Assembly (NCBI GenBank): GCA_964450845.1
Contig: CAYVGZ010000031.1
Coordinates: forward strand, 1-16,402
Source of the DNA: an uncultured Candidatus Bathyarchaeia archaeon
GTDB taxonomy: Archaea; Thermoproteota; Bathyarchaeia; Bathyarchaeales; Bathycorpusculaceae
Direction of reading: 5' to 3'
Length of the DNA stretch: 16,402 bases
Within the stretch, counting starts at the first letter, position 1; each line of letters starts with the position of its first letter. The translations under genes and the position numbers were made by a program. Below the pieces are notes generated by a model that did no database searches, was not told the DNA's origin, and worked only from the letters and a program-made list of their open reading frames with translations. Below, piece after piece: positions 15,601-16,402 of the stretch.

Positions 15601-16402
15601 AACATGACAGCGTTTGTAGGCGGCGGAGAGCTTGTCGACGCTGAATTCCAGATCACAGGCAACGTTTCGCAAATTGCCGACTTCATAGATGTGACAGAGT
15701 TCGCATATCATGTGGATCTCGGAGGACTTCTAGACCCATCGCCAGCTTACTTCAAACCGAACATGACAGCAATTATAGGCGATACTCTCAGCTTGGGCGA
15801 TGTTTCAGCGCCTGCCATGCTTTTTGCGGAATTACAAGTATATATAGATGAAGACACGCCGACAGGAACATATACTGGCCAAGTAAGATTGATGAACGGA
15901 ACAACTACGATAACTTCCGCAAGCTTAAGCTTCGAAGTGAAAAATCCGAAGTACAAGGTTCTATGGGAAGATTATTACAATGGCTATGAGTATTATTGGT
16001 ACGACTGTGAACGTCTTTGGGGAGGAGCAGTATGGGGCTATGGCGTGTTTGAATGGTGGAAACTAGTATCTCAGGCGGGATTCGACGTCGATTCATTGCA
16101 TCAGCAAGTATACTTGAAACAACACATCGGCTATTTGGGAACAAGTTCAGTAGACCCGCTGGGAATAATTGCTTATGGTGGTTACGATGCGCTTTACATG
16201 CACGATGTGGACTTCAGTTTCAACCCAGACCAAATATCAGTCTTCAGACAACTGTACGAAACTGGAAAGATGGACTTTGTGGTGCTATTTGATGGAGGAA
16301 GCGAAGCATTGTCTTCATTCACCAGCTACTACGGTATCAGCGCGTCATGGTCTTGGGTCTATGACTTGGTAATCACTGGACTTGACAAAACGCATCCTAT
16401 CT
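12601..16402 (+). CDS. Large secreted multidomain subtilisin-like (S8) serine protease, truncated at right window edge
   Basis: Not in ORF track; frame read codon by codon with no stop from 12601 to 16402 (1267 codons). Signal peptide MKEKITTCMILAMLLITIVPTIYVQG, I9-like propeptide, catalytic IID(196)TG, HGH(238)GTHVA, AAGN oxyanion Asn, SGTS(436)MATPHV. Confidence 0.96.
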   Translation, partial: MKEKITTCMILAMLLITIVPTIYVQGMDENQCIFTENSQLMPQQKISSQLLEKLEEAGINGDPNELVRILIRHDLLSEVKMPEGVEVLKRFNLVPIISAILPISMVEEISRMPGVEYVYLDSQMHVTSDEYPTLPYPDYSAAKDWRNAQVVDEEFPADPYFGQYPTYLNETTELIGARKLWAEGITGKNVTISIIDTGINKYHPDLDDMDDDPTTHDPKVLAEASFVPYEPSDDLHGHGTHVASTAAGTGATGAMGFYGTFPYYGIHNATILPGTERGVAPGAYLYNAKAFDSGGSGYDSWIIGAIEWSVAQGADVISGSFGGWPETSPDQDPVVLALKEAIKHGVVVVIAAGNEGWGYFSTGTPGFAPDVITVGATTETDQLAFFSSRGPEQFELHAKPDIVAPGTCVVAALSFFREFEEYVGLQVFYWEISGTSMATPHVSGAVALLLQAFPGATPYSVKAALMQGAEDLGLDSMAQGAGRLDVKKAYDIMNEAPKAQWAAPLPTDTIVPNLPDFSTMLNLTGKTILIDTSYWDHVNEFMQFFNVLYSYGAYLYGMTGPYTNDTLVDPGTGEPYFDVFIIPKLTFVDTIYMPPSVLDNYIKHNGTVLFIGDEPFYPDLPKDYNDWTEIWGITWNNTAVGGYSSHMISHNITNDVTELYFGSPITSLIVNASMQAETVVWDPIFPAIAFWETPAPATGKVVVISDDGVLNNLYLYAADNLKLGLNIIKWFTGTKEIECYVSEEVVGVPTWIESGHPYPPYAYEVYPIYQSGASWISVHFTAIEVEGGWDAVSVYDGGWNLITYYTGYYYDVWTPPVPGDTVYILLTSDGSIEYWGFVADYYEYNYRIVTPLPPAYHEIGVGGTWPQYVIANATATVSVNVTNFGTYTEDVGLYMNGINVETVNNLAPGTSTIVELSTPQLNATLICDESGVNMTLISIWANITDLEIDYTNNGFVAEIAAVPKGERKGDNPLLSVITPMKIDSTSAPLITMYPEDFTLHNMTAFVGGGELVDAEFQITGNVSQIADFIDVTEFAYHVDLGGLLDPSPAYFKPNMTAIIGDTLSLGDVSAPAMLFAELQVYIDEDTPTGTYTGQVRLMNGTTTITSASLSFEVKNPKYKVLWEDYYNGYEYYWYDCERLWGGAVWGYGVFEWWKLVSQAGFDVDSLHQQVYLKQHIGYLGTSSVDPLGIIAYGGYDALYMHDVDFSFNPDQISVFRQLYETGKMDFVVLFDGGSEALSSFTSYYGISASWSWVYDLVITGLDKTHPI

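Noticed and set aside
13220-16372. Several 60-96 aa ORFs on both strands
   Set aside because: All overlap the continuous S8 protease frame in alternative frames or antisense.

Overview
Archaeal-type chromosomal window (TATA/BRE promoters, GGAGG/GGTG ribosome-binding sites, several TTG starts, N-glycosylation sequons in exported proteins; Bathyarchaeia-like by my impression only). The left 6.1 kb is an acyl-CoA locus. Two minus-strand genes, a B12-dependent acyl-CoA mutase large subunit (cut by the window edge, with isobutyryl-CoA-mutase-type F89/Q207) and a type III PKS/KAS III-like protein (catalytic Cys replaced by Ser), face two tandem thiolase + DUF35 pairs. The first thiolase lacks the catalytic Cys and the HDCF motif; the second is canonical. 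Next come a HAD hydrolase, a small hypothetical protein, a winged-HTH fusion regulator with an internal SD + TTG at its domain boundary and a 22-bp tandem repeat upstream, and a tupABC tungstate ABC transporter divergent from modE with a candidate ModE box. The last 3.8 kb is a secreted multidomain S8 protease (over 1267 aa, absent from the ORF track, cut by the right edge) with a CUB-like domain. No rRNA, tRNA, CRISPR or mobile element was recognised.
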